Made by a program: the position numbers and the translations under genes
From: Zetaproteobacteria bacterium CG_4_9_14_3_um_filter_49_83
Lineage (GTDB): Bacteria > Pseudomonadota > Zetaproteobacteria > Mariprofundales > Mariprofundaceae
DNA length: 64,000 nucleotides
Direction of reading: 5' to 3'
Assembly: GCA_002791545.1 (NCBI GenBank)
Contig: PFXG01000010.1
Location: 40,161-104,160, forward strand
Part shown: positions 22,250 through 31,408 of the stretch, one piece after another
How positions within the stretch are numbered: position 1 is the stretch's first letter
Layout of the letters: each line of letters begins with the position of its first letter
Notes under the pieces: model-generated
Told to the model about the DNA's origin: nothing
Databases searched by the model: none
Seen by the model: only the letters and a program-made list of their open reading frames with translations

Positions 22250-23365
22250 ATGATCACCCATGCTCCCCATCCAGACCAAACTTCGGAACAATTTGAAATG
22301 GCGGATACATCGTTAGCCAGCGTCATGCCGATTGATATTCCGCGTGACGATTTTGATCGCATGCTGGCCTTTGCGCGCCTGATGCATCGACTCAAGGATA
22401 ATACCGACTACCTTGATGCTTTAGCCGATTCGTTACCCGCTACTGCCACAGTGAAAACCTCCTGGCCCAGCTTGCTGATGGGATTTGATTTCCATCTGAC
22501 GCCCGATGGTCCGAAGCTGATCGAAATTAATAATAATGCTGGCGGGCTGTATGTCGGGGCAGGATTATGGCTTCCTCAGTGCGACAACGCCGAATTCACG
22601 GGAGATCTGATGCAGCGTGTGCTGGCAATGTTTCCTGAACAATGGCAAGCCATAGCCATCATGGATGAGGATATTGAGCAGCAATTTATGTTTCCCGAGA
22701 TGTGTGCCTATGCCGATGTATTACGCGCAGCTGGCCGCAAGGTGTTTTTGGTCAGCCCTGAAGGTTTAACGCTTCGCCAGGATGGCCTGTATTGTGAGCA
22801 GATGCGAATTGATGCGATTTATAATCGGCATACGGATTTTTATCTCGAAAGCGAGCCGCTTGCGCATATAAGGCAGGCATATATGCAGGGGCTCATCGAA
22901 TTAAATCCGCATCCGCGCAGTTATGCTCTGATCGGAGATAAGTTGCGGATGGTGGACTGGTGGCAGAAAGGACTTCTTGAGCGCTGTTTAAGCGAAGATG
23001 AGGTGCAGTTTATTCGTCAAATTACACCTGAAACACTACATCTGGCCCAAATTGATGAAGAAGAGATCTGGCAGGATCGAAAATATTGGGTGTTTAAGCC
23101 TTCAGCCAGACATGGTGGGAAGGGCGTGCTGATGGGTAAGTCAGTAAGCCGTGCTCGCTTTGCCGATCTGGATCGCACTGAAACGGTTGCGCAGCGCTGG
23201 GTTCCGGCGAGCATGGTTAACATAGCCGGACAAGAGCTGAAGCTGGATATACGACTGTATATGCATGGTACGAAGTTGATTGCCCTGGCGGGGCGTGCCT
23301 GGCGTGGGCAAGTTACCAACTTCCGTGAACCCGGTAGTGGTTGGGTGATTCTGAACGTTGTTTAA
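22250..23365 (+). CDS. GspS/YgiC-like (glutathionylspermidine-synthetase-type) ATP-grasp amidoligase, substrate unknown
   Basis: GFDFHLTPDGPKLIEINNNAGG resembles the RxDx..G.KLLE.N.DTP signature of the family. The C-terminal half has YWVFKPSARHGGKGV, DIRLY and GQVTNF. The start is uncertain (22250, 22298 or 22325). Confidence 0.6.
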   Translation: MITHAPHPDQTSEQFEMADTSLASVMPIDIPRDDFDRMLAFARLMHRLKDNTDYLDALADSLPATATVKTSWPSLLMGFDFHLTPDGPKLIEINNNAGGLYVGAGLWLPQCDNAEFTGDLMQRVLAMFPEQWQAIAIMDEDIEQQFMFPEMCAYADVLRAAGRKVFLVSPEGLTLRQDGLYCEQMRIDAIYNRHTDFYLESEPLAHIRQAYMQGLIELNPHPRSYALIGDKLRMVDWWQKGLLERCLSEDEVQFIRQITPETLHLAQIDEEEIWQDRKYWVFKPSARHGGKGVLMGKSVSRARFADLDRTETVAQRWVPASMVNIAGQELKLDIRLYMHGTKLIALAGRAWRGQVTNFREPGSGWVILNVV

Positions 23366-23503
23366 AGGCTTTGAATTTACTGCCTCTATTGATTACGTGG
23401 TGCATTTTTAAATGGAATTCAGCGAGAAATTAAATTAAGGGAGAGGGGTAAAATGCGCGAAACAAGACCCCTATCACTTTAAGGAAGTTGGAGGGGAGGC
23501 ATC

Positions 23504-23534
23504 AATCATCGAAACGATTTATGAAAAGTCCGGG
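23504..23534. repeat. solo arm of the REP/MITE-like repeat family
   Basis: The reverse complement CCCGGACTTTTCATAAATCGTTTCGATGATT matches 10216-10246 at 24 of 31 positions. No partner arm nearby. Confidence 0.5.
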
Positions 23535-23587
23535 TTAATGTGTTGTCCAACGTCATGACTGAGTGATGTTGGTCGAAAGGAGCCTGT

Positions 23588-24679
23588 TTATGGTTTCCTG
23601 TCAGGGCTCAGAGCCTGCAAGAGCTGTTGTAACAATTGCTGCTGAGATGCCAGAATTCTTGCATTGAGCAGTGATTGAAGAACTTGCGACTGATCGTCGG
23701 CACCTTGCAACATTTCCAGATTGTTGGTGATAAATTCCTGCGTAAACTCAAAGGGCTGATTCAGTCTGGCGAACAATGATGGTATGTCGCCCATTTCTGA
23801 AATGACTAATTCAGAGGAGATCGAGTCGAACATTCGGGCCAGCGATAGCACTTCGCGTTTTTCTTTGCGGGATTTTACCGTTGCGGATGCAGCCGTATGT
23901 GTCAATAGACTGTTTTCCCGCACAATCATGTCCCAGTCCGAATGTACGGGCTGTTGGTTGACTTTCAGCATCATCTCGATGGTTTTCTGATACAGCTTGG
24001 CGGGAAGGTCATCATTTTGCATTGAGGCATAAATTTCCATGCACTTGCAGCTGAGCGACATGAGATTTCTCAGGGAGTAAAGGCTGTGCTGAATCTCTGG
24101 CATGTCAAAAACATCATCTTCTTGCGAAGGGCAAATGACAAAGCGGCCCGTCAGATAGGGGTGAATGTCGGTTTTTCCATAAATGGCCAGTTTTTCATGA
24201 TAAATTGTATTGCCAAAGGGAGCGCTGTTAATGATTTTGCGGATATCTTTTTCACTCATTCGGCGATTGGAAACGCTGACTTTATAGGAAAGTACCGGTG
24301 AGATGAGGCCTTCTTTCTCCCAGTCATTAAATGCATCGTGCTGTTCAATCACGGATAAACGCTTTGAATCCGATGCCATCCAAATGCCAAGGAAATAATA
24401 ATAATCGGATGCCAGTGAATCATCCTGTAAAGAAATGATGACGCTTGCCTGTTGTCCGCCATCCAGTTGGACGTCAAAGGCCATTATGTCATTGTCCCAG
24501 CTTATTCTGGCATTTTGACTGCCCAGAAAAGCCAGCAGGCTGATACAGTTGCCGACAAACATTTCGCGGCTCATATCTGTTTTATCAAAGGCCCAGACGT
24601 GCCCGTTTACCGGTAATTGATTGGGTTCAAGGATTCTGTCGTTCAACGACAAGGCGTGCAATAAAATGGAACGGTTCAT
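23588..24679 (-). CDS. hypothetical protein (363 aa), no recognisable domain
   Basis: Long ORF with AGGAG 6 nt before the ATG. Lies 60 nt downstream of, and co-directional with, the rimK operon. No TM or signal peptide. C-terminal Gln/Leu-rich helix LQSLLNARILASQQQLLQQLLQAL. Confidence 0.7.
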   Translation of the reverse strand: MNRSILLHALSLNDRILEPNQLPVNGHVWAFDKTDMSREMFVGNCISLLAFLGSQNARISWDNDIMAFDVQLDGGQQASVIISLQDDSLASDYYYFLGIWMASDSKRLSVIEQHDAFNDWEKEGLISPVLSYKVSVSNRRMSEKDIRKIINSAPFGNTIYHEKLAIYGKTDIHPYLTGRFVICPSQEDDVFDMPEIQHSLYSLRNLMSLSCKCMEIYASMQNDDLPAKLYQKTIEMMLKVNQQPVHSDWDMIVRENSLLTHTAASATVKSRKEKREVLSLARMFDSISSELVISEMGDIPSLFARLNQPFEFTQEFITNNLEMLQGADDQSQVLQSLLNARILASQQQLLQQLLQALSPDRKP

Positions 24680-24739
24680 CGAGGCTCCTGCGAATCAGTT
24701 CGAAAAATCATGTTTAAATGCTGTGCTATAACCACATGG

Positions 24740-25792
24740 TCAGAGTATCGGCGAGGATTCATTGATCTCATCACCGATCTCCTCTGCAAGGATTTCAAAT
24801 TCAGACTGGAAAGATTCCACTGAATCGGCCGCGTCTTCGATATGTTTAAAACGGGCAATATGGCAAATCGCATCACCTTCATAGACCAGCGGGAGGTTGG
24901 TTCGACCAATCACGATGCCTGAAGTGGGTGCTATGACTTGTTCTTCATTGCAGCCATAGGGGTCATCAATCAGCCCCAGCAAATCACCCTTGTTTACCAG
25001 AGCCCCCATCGGAACGAGGCTGCGATAGATGCCACTTTGATGGGTTCTGATCCAGTACGACTTTCTGGCGACTTGTGGCAGATATGGTTTCTTTGTCCGG
25101 CGTTTGGGAAGCATGCCGATTTGCCGCATAACTTGCAGGATGCCGCGTTGCCCGGCACGAATCGACACCTCATCAAAGCGTAAGGCTTCGCCCGCCTCGT
25201 AAACCAGCCAGGGTATATTCAGTTTGGACGCCGCTTCGCGTATTGTTCCGGGGCGAAAGGGTGCATCGAGCAGTATGGGGACGGGAAATGCATGCGCCAT
25301 TTCAAGCGTTGCCGGATCGCTCAGACAGGCACGCACCTGAGGTAAATTATCGCGATGAGTGGCTGCTGTATGTAAATCGATACCGTGGGTGCATTTTTCA
25401 ACGATTTCATGAAGAAACAGATAGGCCAGACGGGCGGCCATGGAGCCTTTATCCGAACCGGGAAAGCAACGATTTAAATCGCGCCGATCCGGCAGATAAC
25501 GGATTTGATGGATGAAGCCGTACACATTGACGATGGGTATGGCAATCAAGTCACCACGCAGTCGGGAAATCGCTTTATCGGAAACCAGTCGCCGGATAAT
25601 TTCAACACCATTAATTTCATCGCCATGCAAAGCAGCACAGACGAGCAGCCGGGGGCCATTTTTTCGTCCGCGAACGACATGAATCGGCATCTCCAGCTTG
25701 GAATGCGTGGTTAATGGGGGAAGGGGTAATTCGATGATTCGACGTTCCCCCGGGGCAATGCTTTCCCCGCCGATAATGAGTTGCTGACTCAA
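24740..25792 (-). CDS. succinylglutamate desuccinylase/aspartoacylase (AstE/AspA, M14-like Zn hydrolase) family protein
   Basis: [18 protein letters not shown] (HxxE zinc motif) and a later H in THGIDLHTA. The TTG start overlaps the rimK stop (TTGA at 25789-25792). Confidence 0.8.
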   Translation of the reverse strand: MSQQLIIGGESIAPGERRIIELPLPPLTTHSKLEMPIHVVRGRKNGPRLLVCAALHGDEINGVEIIRRLVSDKAISRLRGDLIAIPIVNVYGFIHQIRYLPDRRDLNRCFPGSDKGSMAARLAYLFLHEIVEKCTHGIDLHTAATHRDNLPQVRACLSDPATLEMAHAFPVPILLDAPFRPGTIREAASKLNIPWLVYEAGEALRFDEVSIRAGQRGILQVMRQIGMLPKRRTKKPYLPQVARKSYWIRTHQSGIYRSLVPMGALVNKGDLLGLIDDPYGCNEEQVIAPTSGIVIGRTNLPLVYEGDAICHIARFKHIEDAADSVESFQSEFEILAEEIGDEINESSPIL

Positions 25793-26694
25793 CCTTGTCC
25801 TTTTGTGCGGGTGTTTTTTGAGTCTGCATGCTTTTCGATACAGCGGATAATTAAATCAGCGATATCTTTGCCGGTAGCTCCTTCGATCCCTTCAAGGCCG
25901 GGCGAAGAATTCACTTCCATGACCACCGGTCCGTGGTTGGAGCGCAGCAGGTCAACACCGGCGACTTTCAGTCCCATGATGCTGGCAGCCCTAACCGCAG
26001 TGGAGCGTTCTTCCGGTGTGATGCGTACCAGTTCAGCCGTGCCGCCACGATGCAGATTGGAGCGGAATTCACCCTCCTTGCCTTGTCGTTTCATACTAGC
26101 AACAACTTTGCCGTCGATGATAAAACAGCGGATGTCAGCACCACCGGCTTCTTTGATGAATTCCTGTACCAGAATATTGGCATTGAGTCCTAAAAAAGCC
26201 TCAATCACACTTTCGGCGGCTTTTTTGTTTTCAGCCAGTACCACACCAATACCCTGTGTGCCTTCGAGTAACTTGATAACAAACTGCTCGCCACCGACAG
26301 AATTCAGTAAATCGTCAATATCATCCGGATTGCGGGCAAAGCCGGTGACAGGTAGTCCGACACCTTTACGCGCCAATAATTGAATTGAGCGTAATTTGTC
26401 GCGTGAGCGTGAAATCGCTACGGATTCGTTCAGCGGGAAGACCCCCATCATTTCAAACTGCCTGAGTACCGCAGTTCCATAAAATGTTACGGATGCACCA
26501 ATGCGCGGAATAACAGCATCAAACCCGAGTTGCTGTTCACCCCGGAAACTGACGGTCGGCCGCATGGAGGTGATATTCATATAGCAGCGTAAATGGTCCA
26601 GAACATGCATGTCATGACCACGGAGTTCTCCGGCTTCAACGATTCGCCGGGTTGAATACAGTCTCTTGTTTCTGGATAAGATAGCTATTTTCAT
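25789..26694 (-). CDS. rimK: ribosomal protein S6--L-glutamate ligase RimK (ATP-grasp)
   Basis: Colinear with E. coli RimK over its whole length. Shared blocks include [60 protein letters not shown] and [13 protein letters not shown]. Confidence 0.95.
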   Translation of the reverse strand: MKIAILSRNKRLYSTRRIVEAGELRGHDMHVLDHLRCYMNITSMRPTVSFRGEQQLGFDAVIPRIGASVTFYGTAVLRQFEMMGVFPLNESVAISRSRDKLRSIQLLARKGVGLPVTGFARNPDDIDDLLNSVGGEQFVIKLLEGTQGIGVVLAENKKAAESVIEAFLGLNANILVQEFIKEAGGADIRCFIIDGKVVASMKRQGKEGEFRSNLHRGGTAELVRITPEERSTAVRAASIMGLKVAGVDLLRSNHGPVVMEVNSSPGLEGIEGATGKDIADLIIRCIEKHADSKNTRTKGQG

Positions 26695-26714
26695 AATGCT
26701 TGATCAATACTCCT

Positions 26715-27158
26715 TCAACGGGTTGGAAAAGCCTGGAGATAAGAATGCTCAGGATTCACGAGTATCCGGCCTTCCATCGCGGTGCGGCCCAACAATACTC
26801 TAAACCGCATGGTATCGCGATTGGTTAATGTGAACTCAGCAGTGAATGATAATTGGCCTAAACCGATGGTTGTCCGGATGATCGGGCGCACTTCTTTATG
26901 GCCACCGGAATCGGAGACCATGCGTTCGTCGATCATTTCAGCTTCACAGATCAGTTCAATGTTGGCGTTCATTTGCACCGGATGCACGCCGAAGCGAACC
27001 CATGGTGCTCCGCGCTGAGTGAATGTTTCAAGGCTGAATGCATGCAGGCATGAAGTTCTGGCACCTGTGTCGACTTTGGCTTTGATCCGGTCAATACCCA
27101 GTTCAGGTAAAGCCAGCCATTCGCGCCAGCCGATAGTAATCAAATGCTGATTATTCAT
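26715..27158 (-). CDS. DUF785 / retropepsin-like aspartic endopeptidase ('ATP-dependent zinc protease' family), RimK-associated
   Basis: VDTGARTS (DTG aspartic protease signature). ATG 27158 overlaps the speB stop (ATGA). AAGGAG for rimK follows its stop. Confidence 0.75.
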   Translation of the reverse strand: MNNQHLITIGWREWLALPELGIDRIKAKVDTGARTSCLHAFSLETFTQRGAPWVRFGVHPVQMNANIELICEAEMIDERMVSDSGGHKEVRPIIRTTIGLGQLSFTAEFTLTNRDTMRFRVLLGRTAMEGRILVNPEHSYLQAFPTR

Positions 27159-27988
27159 GCGGAGGCAATGAGCAGCATTTCGCGAACTGCCTTGGCTGCC
27201 AATACAGAAGAACAACCCGATGTGTCCAGCTGCGGTGCCAGTTCCACCACATCAAGGCCTACCAGATCACAGTCAGCCATGGTTTTGATAAAGCGCTGGA
27301 ATGTCCACCAGTCGATGCCGCCGGGTTCAGGCGTGCCGGTGCCCGGAAAACAGGCCGGATCAAATACATCAAGATCAACAGTCAGGTAAACAGGGCGTCC
27401 GTCGACCCAGTCAAGCAGCGCATCCAGATCAGCATCCCTGAATGTTGTCAGTGTATTGTGATGACGCATGATTTCGTATTCGGCTCTTGTGCCCGAGCGA
27501 ATGCCAATTTGCTTTATCTGAGTGTCACCGATGACCTCGGCAACACGGCGCATTACACAGGCGTGCGACAGTTTCACCCCCAGATAATCTTCGCGCTGGT
27601 CGGCGTGGGCATCGAGTTGAATCACCACCAGATCGGGGTATTTTTCCGATACGGCTTCAATGGCCGGCAGGCTGACCAGATGTTCACCGCCAAGAAGAAA
27701 CGGAATAACGCCGTCATTCAGGCATTCATCGACAGCTTCGCGGATGATGGCCATCACCGTTTCTACATGACCCATCGGCAGTTCAAGGTCTCCGGCATCG
27801 GCATATTTCACTTGCTCAAGGTCAGCATCGAGTACCGGTGACCAGGTCTCCACACCATCGGATGCATCACGGATGGCGCTTGAGCCAAAGCGCGCGCCGG
27901 GGCGGAATGACACCGTGCCATCAAAGGGTACGCCGATGATGCGGATGTCATGCGCTTTATCGAGATCGCGGTCAGTAAAATCAAACAT
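27155..27988 (-). CDS. speB: agmatinase (arginase fold)
   Basis: IGVPFDGTVSFRPGARFG, QLDAHAD, GGEH and LTVDLDVFDP Mn-binding motifs of ureohydrolases. The short form is typical of agmatinase. Confidence 0.88.
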   Translation of the reverse strand: MFDFTDRDLDKAHDIRIIGVPFDGTVSFRPGARFGSSAIRDASDGVETWSPVLDADLEQVKYADAGDLELPMGHVETVMAIIREAVDECLNDGVIPFLLGGEHLVSLPAIEAVSEKYPDLVVIQLDAHADQREDYLGVKLSHACVMRRVAEVIGDTQIKQIGIRSGTRAEYEIMRHHNTLTTFRDADLDALLDWVDGRPVYLTVDLDVFDPACFPGTGTPEPGGIDWWTFQRFIKTMADCDLVGLDVVELAPQLDTSGCSSVLAAKAVREMLLIASA

Positions 27989-28041
27989 ATACGAATCCTC
28001 TACTCATGATGTTTTTTTGACCTTCATGCTTTGAAGGTCCG

Positions 28042-29235
28042 CTATGATTGGATATCCTTTGAAGAAAGCAAAGGTTGATAATTATCGCATGCGTGTTTCT
28101 TCACCAGAGCAATCCACATCGGCGATAATAACAGGGTAAGGGCAATGATAGCGATAATCAGTTGATATGTTTCCGGTGTAATGATGGCAGCACCAGCACC
28201 GACAGCGGCCAGCACAAAACTGAATTCGCCAATTTGTGATAAAATCGAGCCGGAATAAAAGCTGTAGCCCCAGGGCTCGCCGAGTAATCTTAAGACCAGC
28301 GCGTTGATGCAGGTGTTCAGTAGCAGTGCCAGCAGCGCAAACAGCAGGATTTGCCACCAGTATGCGGCAATAAACTGCATGTTGACCAGCATACCGATGG
28401 AAACAAAAAACAGCGCGACGAAGACGGTTTTAAAAGGCTCCAGACTGTGGTGAACCCATTGGGTTTCGTGCGCCGCAGCGACCACCATACCCGCAACAAA
28501 GGCGCCCAGTGCAGCGGATAGCGAAAATAAACCGGTGATAAGCGCCAGGCTGAAACACAATAGAAAGGCGCCGAAGACCTGAAGCTCATGGTCTTGCTTG
28601 ACGGCATCGCCAATGAGAGGGATTTTGAAATCAGGGCGATTGAATACCCAGAGACATAATGCCATCAGCAACACACCGCCTATCAGTTGCATCGTTGCTT
28701 CGACAGAGGAAATATGCTCGCCACCGAGCATGCCGATAATAATAAGCATGGGAATAATGGCGATATCCTGGGCCAGCAGGATAGTCAGCACATCCTGACC
28801 ATGTTTGCTGTTCAGCTCACCCCGCGCCTCCAGTAAGTTCAGTACGACGGCTGTACTGCTCAGGGAAAGTACAAAGCCAAGGAGCACGCAGCGCACCAGC
28901 GACCAGCCAGCCAGATAACCGATGCCATAGATGACCATCACACTGATGGCGATTTGCAGAAATGTGCCGATCAGGGCCAGTTTCCACTTTCTCGCCAGCA
29001 TCTGGGGTGACACTTCCATGCCGATAAAAAACATCAGCATAACCACACCGAAAGCGCCGAGTCGATCCAGCGTAATCTGATCGGTAACCAGGCCGAGAGC
29101 GGAAGGACCGAAAAGGATACCGGCAATCAGATAGGCAATGACGTTGGGTTGTTTGAGTGCATGCATGATCAGTGCAATCGACAGGATGCCGATGATGGCT
29201 CCAACCAGTGTCGGTAATGCCGGGTCCATATGCAT
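28042..29235 (-). CDS. cation:proton antiporter (CPA2 family, membrane domain only)
   Basis: About 12 hydrophobic segments. LIAGILFGPSALGL is a typical Kef/NapA-type N-terminal motif. No KTN domain. Start ATG 29235 or 29229. Confidence 0.85.
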   Translation of the reverse strand: MHMDPALPTLVGAIIGILSIALIMHALKQPNVIAYLIAGILFGPSALGLVTDQITLDRLGAFGVVMLMFFIGMEVSPQMLARKWKLALIGTFLQIAISVMVIYGIGYLAGWSLVRCVLLGFVLSLSSTAVVLNLLEARGELNSKHGQDVLTILLAQDIAIIPMLIIIGMLGGEHISSVEATMQLIGGVLLMALCLWVFNRPDFKIPLIGDAVKQDHELQVFGAFLLCFSLALITGLFSLSAALGAFVAGMVVAAAHETQWVHHSLEPFKTVFVALFFVSIGMLVNMQFIAAYWWQILLFALLALLLNTCINALVLRLLGEPWGYSFYSGSILSQIGEFSFVLAAVGAGAAIITPETYQLIIAIIALTLLLSPMWIALVKKHACDNYQPLLSSKDIQS

Positions 29236-29385
29236 GACGATTCCCCTTGTGAGTCCGTATGTTGCTCTTTTGCATCGATAGGCACACAGAGTACGTCCAA
29301 AACAGGTGTGATGACAAGGCATCTTGCTCAATGAAAATATTAAGCGGACAATCCTGCCGCTTGTATACGGGCTTCGGGGAAATAT

Positions 29386-30039
29386 ATGGATTTTGCCAGT
29401 GATCTGGAGATCAGTGCGGTCAGTAAATACGATAAAATTGTTGATGATCTGGTGGCGACCGGCTTATCTGTATTCGATGGTTTTGTTTCGCCATTGCAGC
29501 AATTAAGTTTATCGGATGAAGCCGTGACGATGTATCAACGGGGAGAATTCCGCCATGCCCGGGTTGGTCGGGGTGAGCATAAACAGCTGCGCCCGGATAT
29601 CCGCAATGACCATATTCACTGGCTGGATACATCGGCCCCCACAGCGATTCAGGCTGCTTATCTGGGAGAACTGGAAATGCTGCGCCTGACAATAAATCAG
29701 CGACTGTTTCTCGGGCTGTTTGAATTCGAAGGGCACTATGCATTGTATCCGCCCGGCTCTTTTTATGGTGTTCATTATGATCGTTTTATCGGCGCGATGG
29801 ATAGGGTTGTGACCTGTATCCTCTATCTTAATCAAGACTGGCAAGCCGAAAGCGGCGGGGCACTTAAAGTTTATGCCGGTGAAGATCATGCATCCGCGCA
29901 TTTTCCGGTTGAAATATTGCCGCAGTCCGGGCGTCTGGTGACCTTTATCAGTGAGCTTTTTCCGCATGAAGTGCTGCCGGCACAACGTAACAGGTTGAGT
30001 CTGACCGGCTGGTTTCGCATACGTGCTTCATTGAACTAA
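29386..30039 (+). CDS. 2OG-Fe(II) oxygenase (prolyl 4-hydroxylase-like)
   Basis: HxD (GVHYDRF) plus a distal His (FPHEVLP) and RxS (RLSLTGW), typical of P4H-type dioxygenases. Confidence 0.8.
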   Translation: MDFASDLEISAVSKYDKIVDDLVATGLSVFDGFVSPLQQLSLSDEAVTMYQRGEFRHARVGRGEHKQLRPDIRNDHIHWLDTSAPTAIQAAYLGELEMLRLTINQRLFLGLFEFEGHYALYPPGSFYGVHYDRFIGAMDRVVTCILYLNQDWQAESGGALKVYAGEDHASAHFPVEILPQSGRLVTFISELFPHEVLPAQRNRLSLTGWFRIRASLN

Positions 30040-30121
30040 ACCGGGCAATATTTAATCGAAGCTGGAATGCTGCTGCATTTAAACGGATACTGCCGAGCAT
30101 AAAATCAATGTGAGGGACTTC

Positions 30122-31405
30122 ATGTCTAATACATTCGCAACATTTGAATTCACCGATGAGCAACATTCGCATGCCCTGCCGATCCTGAAAGGTACACTGG
30201 GACCATCGGCTATTGATGTGCGAAATATGTATTCGAATCAGGATATTATGACTTACGATCCGGGATTCCGTTCTACTGCATCCTGTCAGAGTGGAATTAC
30301 CTATATTGATGGTGAGAAAGGTGTTTTGCTTTATCGCGGTTATCCGATTGAAGAGTTGGCAGAGCGATACAGCTTTACTCAGATTGCGCATTTATTGACC
30401 AGTGGAGAACTGCCGGACTCTCAACAGCTGGCGGTGTTTGAAAAAGAACTTCGTCGCTATAATTTACTCCATGATCAGGTGCTTTCCTTTTATAAGGGTT
30501 TCCGTCGCGATGCACATCCGATGGCTGTGATGGTGGGTGTGGTCGGAGCGCTTTCGGCATTTTATCAGGATGCACAGGATTATAATTCACCCGACGACCA
30601 GCATCGGGCCGCTATTCGCCTGATCGCAAAAATGCCGGCAATTGCTGCTGCCAGTTATACTTACAGTATCGGTCGCCCCATTCGCCATCCGGACAATAGC
30701 CTGAATTTTGCCTCGAATTTTTTACAGATGATGTTTGGTCGCCCCAGTGAGCCTTATCATGTTGATCCGTTACTGGCCAAGGCGATGGATCAAATCCTGA
30801 CCTTGCATGCTGATCACGAGCAGAATGCTTCGACTTCGACCGTGCGTATGGCTGCGTCCAGTGGTGCCAATCCGTTTGCCTGCATTGCTGCCGGAATCGC
30901 CACTCTTTGGGGGCCGGCACACGGTGGTGCCAACGAAGCTGTGTTGAATATGCTGGAAAATATCGGGGCACCGGAAAATATTCCGGCCGCCATAGCCCGG
31001 GCTAAAGACAAAAAAGATCCTTTTCGTCTGATGGGTTTTGGGCACCGCGTATATCGGAATTACGATCCGCGTTCAGCGTTGATTCGTGAAACAACCAAGC
31101 AGGTTCTGGCGCATCTGGGTATGGAAAATGATCCGTTGATGGCGACAGCGCTTGAGCTTGAGCGTATTGCTTTATCCGATGAATATTTCATCAGTAAAAA
31201 ATTGTATCCGAATGTTGATTTTTATTCCGGTATTTTGCTGCGTGCGATGGGTTTCCCGAGTCGAATGTTTACCGCTGTGTTTGCCGTAGCCCGTACTGTT
31301 GGTTGGGTATCGCACTGGCTTGAGCTTAAGCAGGAAGCCCATGGCATTGATCGCCCGCGCCAGTTGTATACCGGTCCGACGTTGCGGCATGTCGACAAGC
31401 GCTGA
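30122..31405 (+). CDS. gltA: citrate synthase
   Basis: [22 protein letters not shown] and VDFYSG catalytic motifs. About 427 aa, the Gram-negative type. Confidence 0.96.
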   Translation: MSNTFATFEFTDEQHSHALPILKGTLGPSAIDVRNMYSNQDIMTYDPGFRSTASCQSGITYIDGEKGVLLYRGYPIEELAERYSFTQIAHLLTSGELPDSQQLAVFEKELRRYNLLHDQVLSFYKGFRRDAHPMAVMVGVVGALSAFYQDAQDYNSPDDQHRAAIRLIAKMPAIAAASYTYSIGRPIRHPDNSLNFASNFLQMMFGRPSEPYHVDPLLAKAMDQILTLHADHEQNASTSTVRMAASSGANPFACIAAGIATLWGPAHGGANEAVLNMLENIGAPENIPAAIARAKDKKDPFRLMGFGHRVYRNYDPRSALIRETTKQVLAHLGMENDPLMATALELERIALSDEYFISKKLYPNVDFYSGILLRAMGFPSRMFTAVFAVARTVGWVSHWLELKQEAHGIDRPRQLYTGPTLRHVDKR

Positions 31406-31408
31406 AAT

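Noticed and set aside
22204-22395. The long N-terminal extension of rlmN (443-aa ORF) reaching into the divergent ATP-grasp gene.
   Set aside because: RlmN proteins are about 370-400 aa. The extension is low-complexity (Ser/Pro/Thr-rich) or antisense to the neighbouring ORF, so internal starts at 22203 or 22251 are more plausible.
23516-23540. AAAGTCCGGG, reminiscent of the universally conserved RNase P RNA motif (GGAAAGUCCGGGC).
   Set aside because: The spacer is only 222 bp and no other RNase P RNA conserved regions are present. The string is part of the REP-like repeat arm.
25781-26383. A 200-aa plus-strand ORF antisense to rimK. Similar long antisense or alternate-frame ORFs occur at 12098-12652, 28817-29317, 29509-29985, 31788-32378, 36023-36730 and 40210-41138.
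   Set aside because: Each lies entirely within a confidently identified gene on the other strand or frame. They have Ser/Pro/Arg-rich shadow-ORF composition and lack RBSs.
28012-28039. Hairpin GACCTTCA-tgctt-TGAAGGTC with an adjacent T7 run between the antiporter gene and speB, considered as a terminator.
   Set aside because: Both genes are on the minus strand, where the RNA would read hairpin then A7. On the plus strand the T-run precedes the stem. Neither orientation gives a canonical intrinsic terminator.
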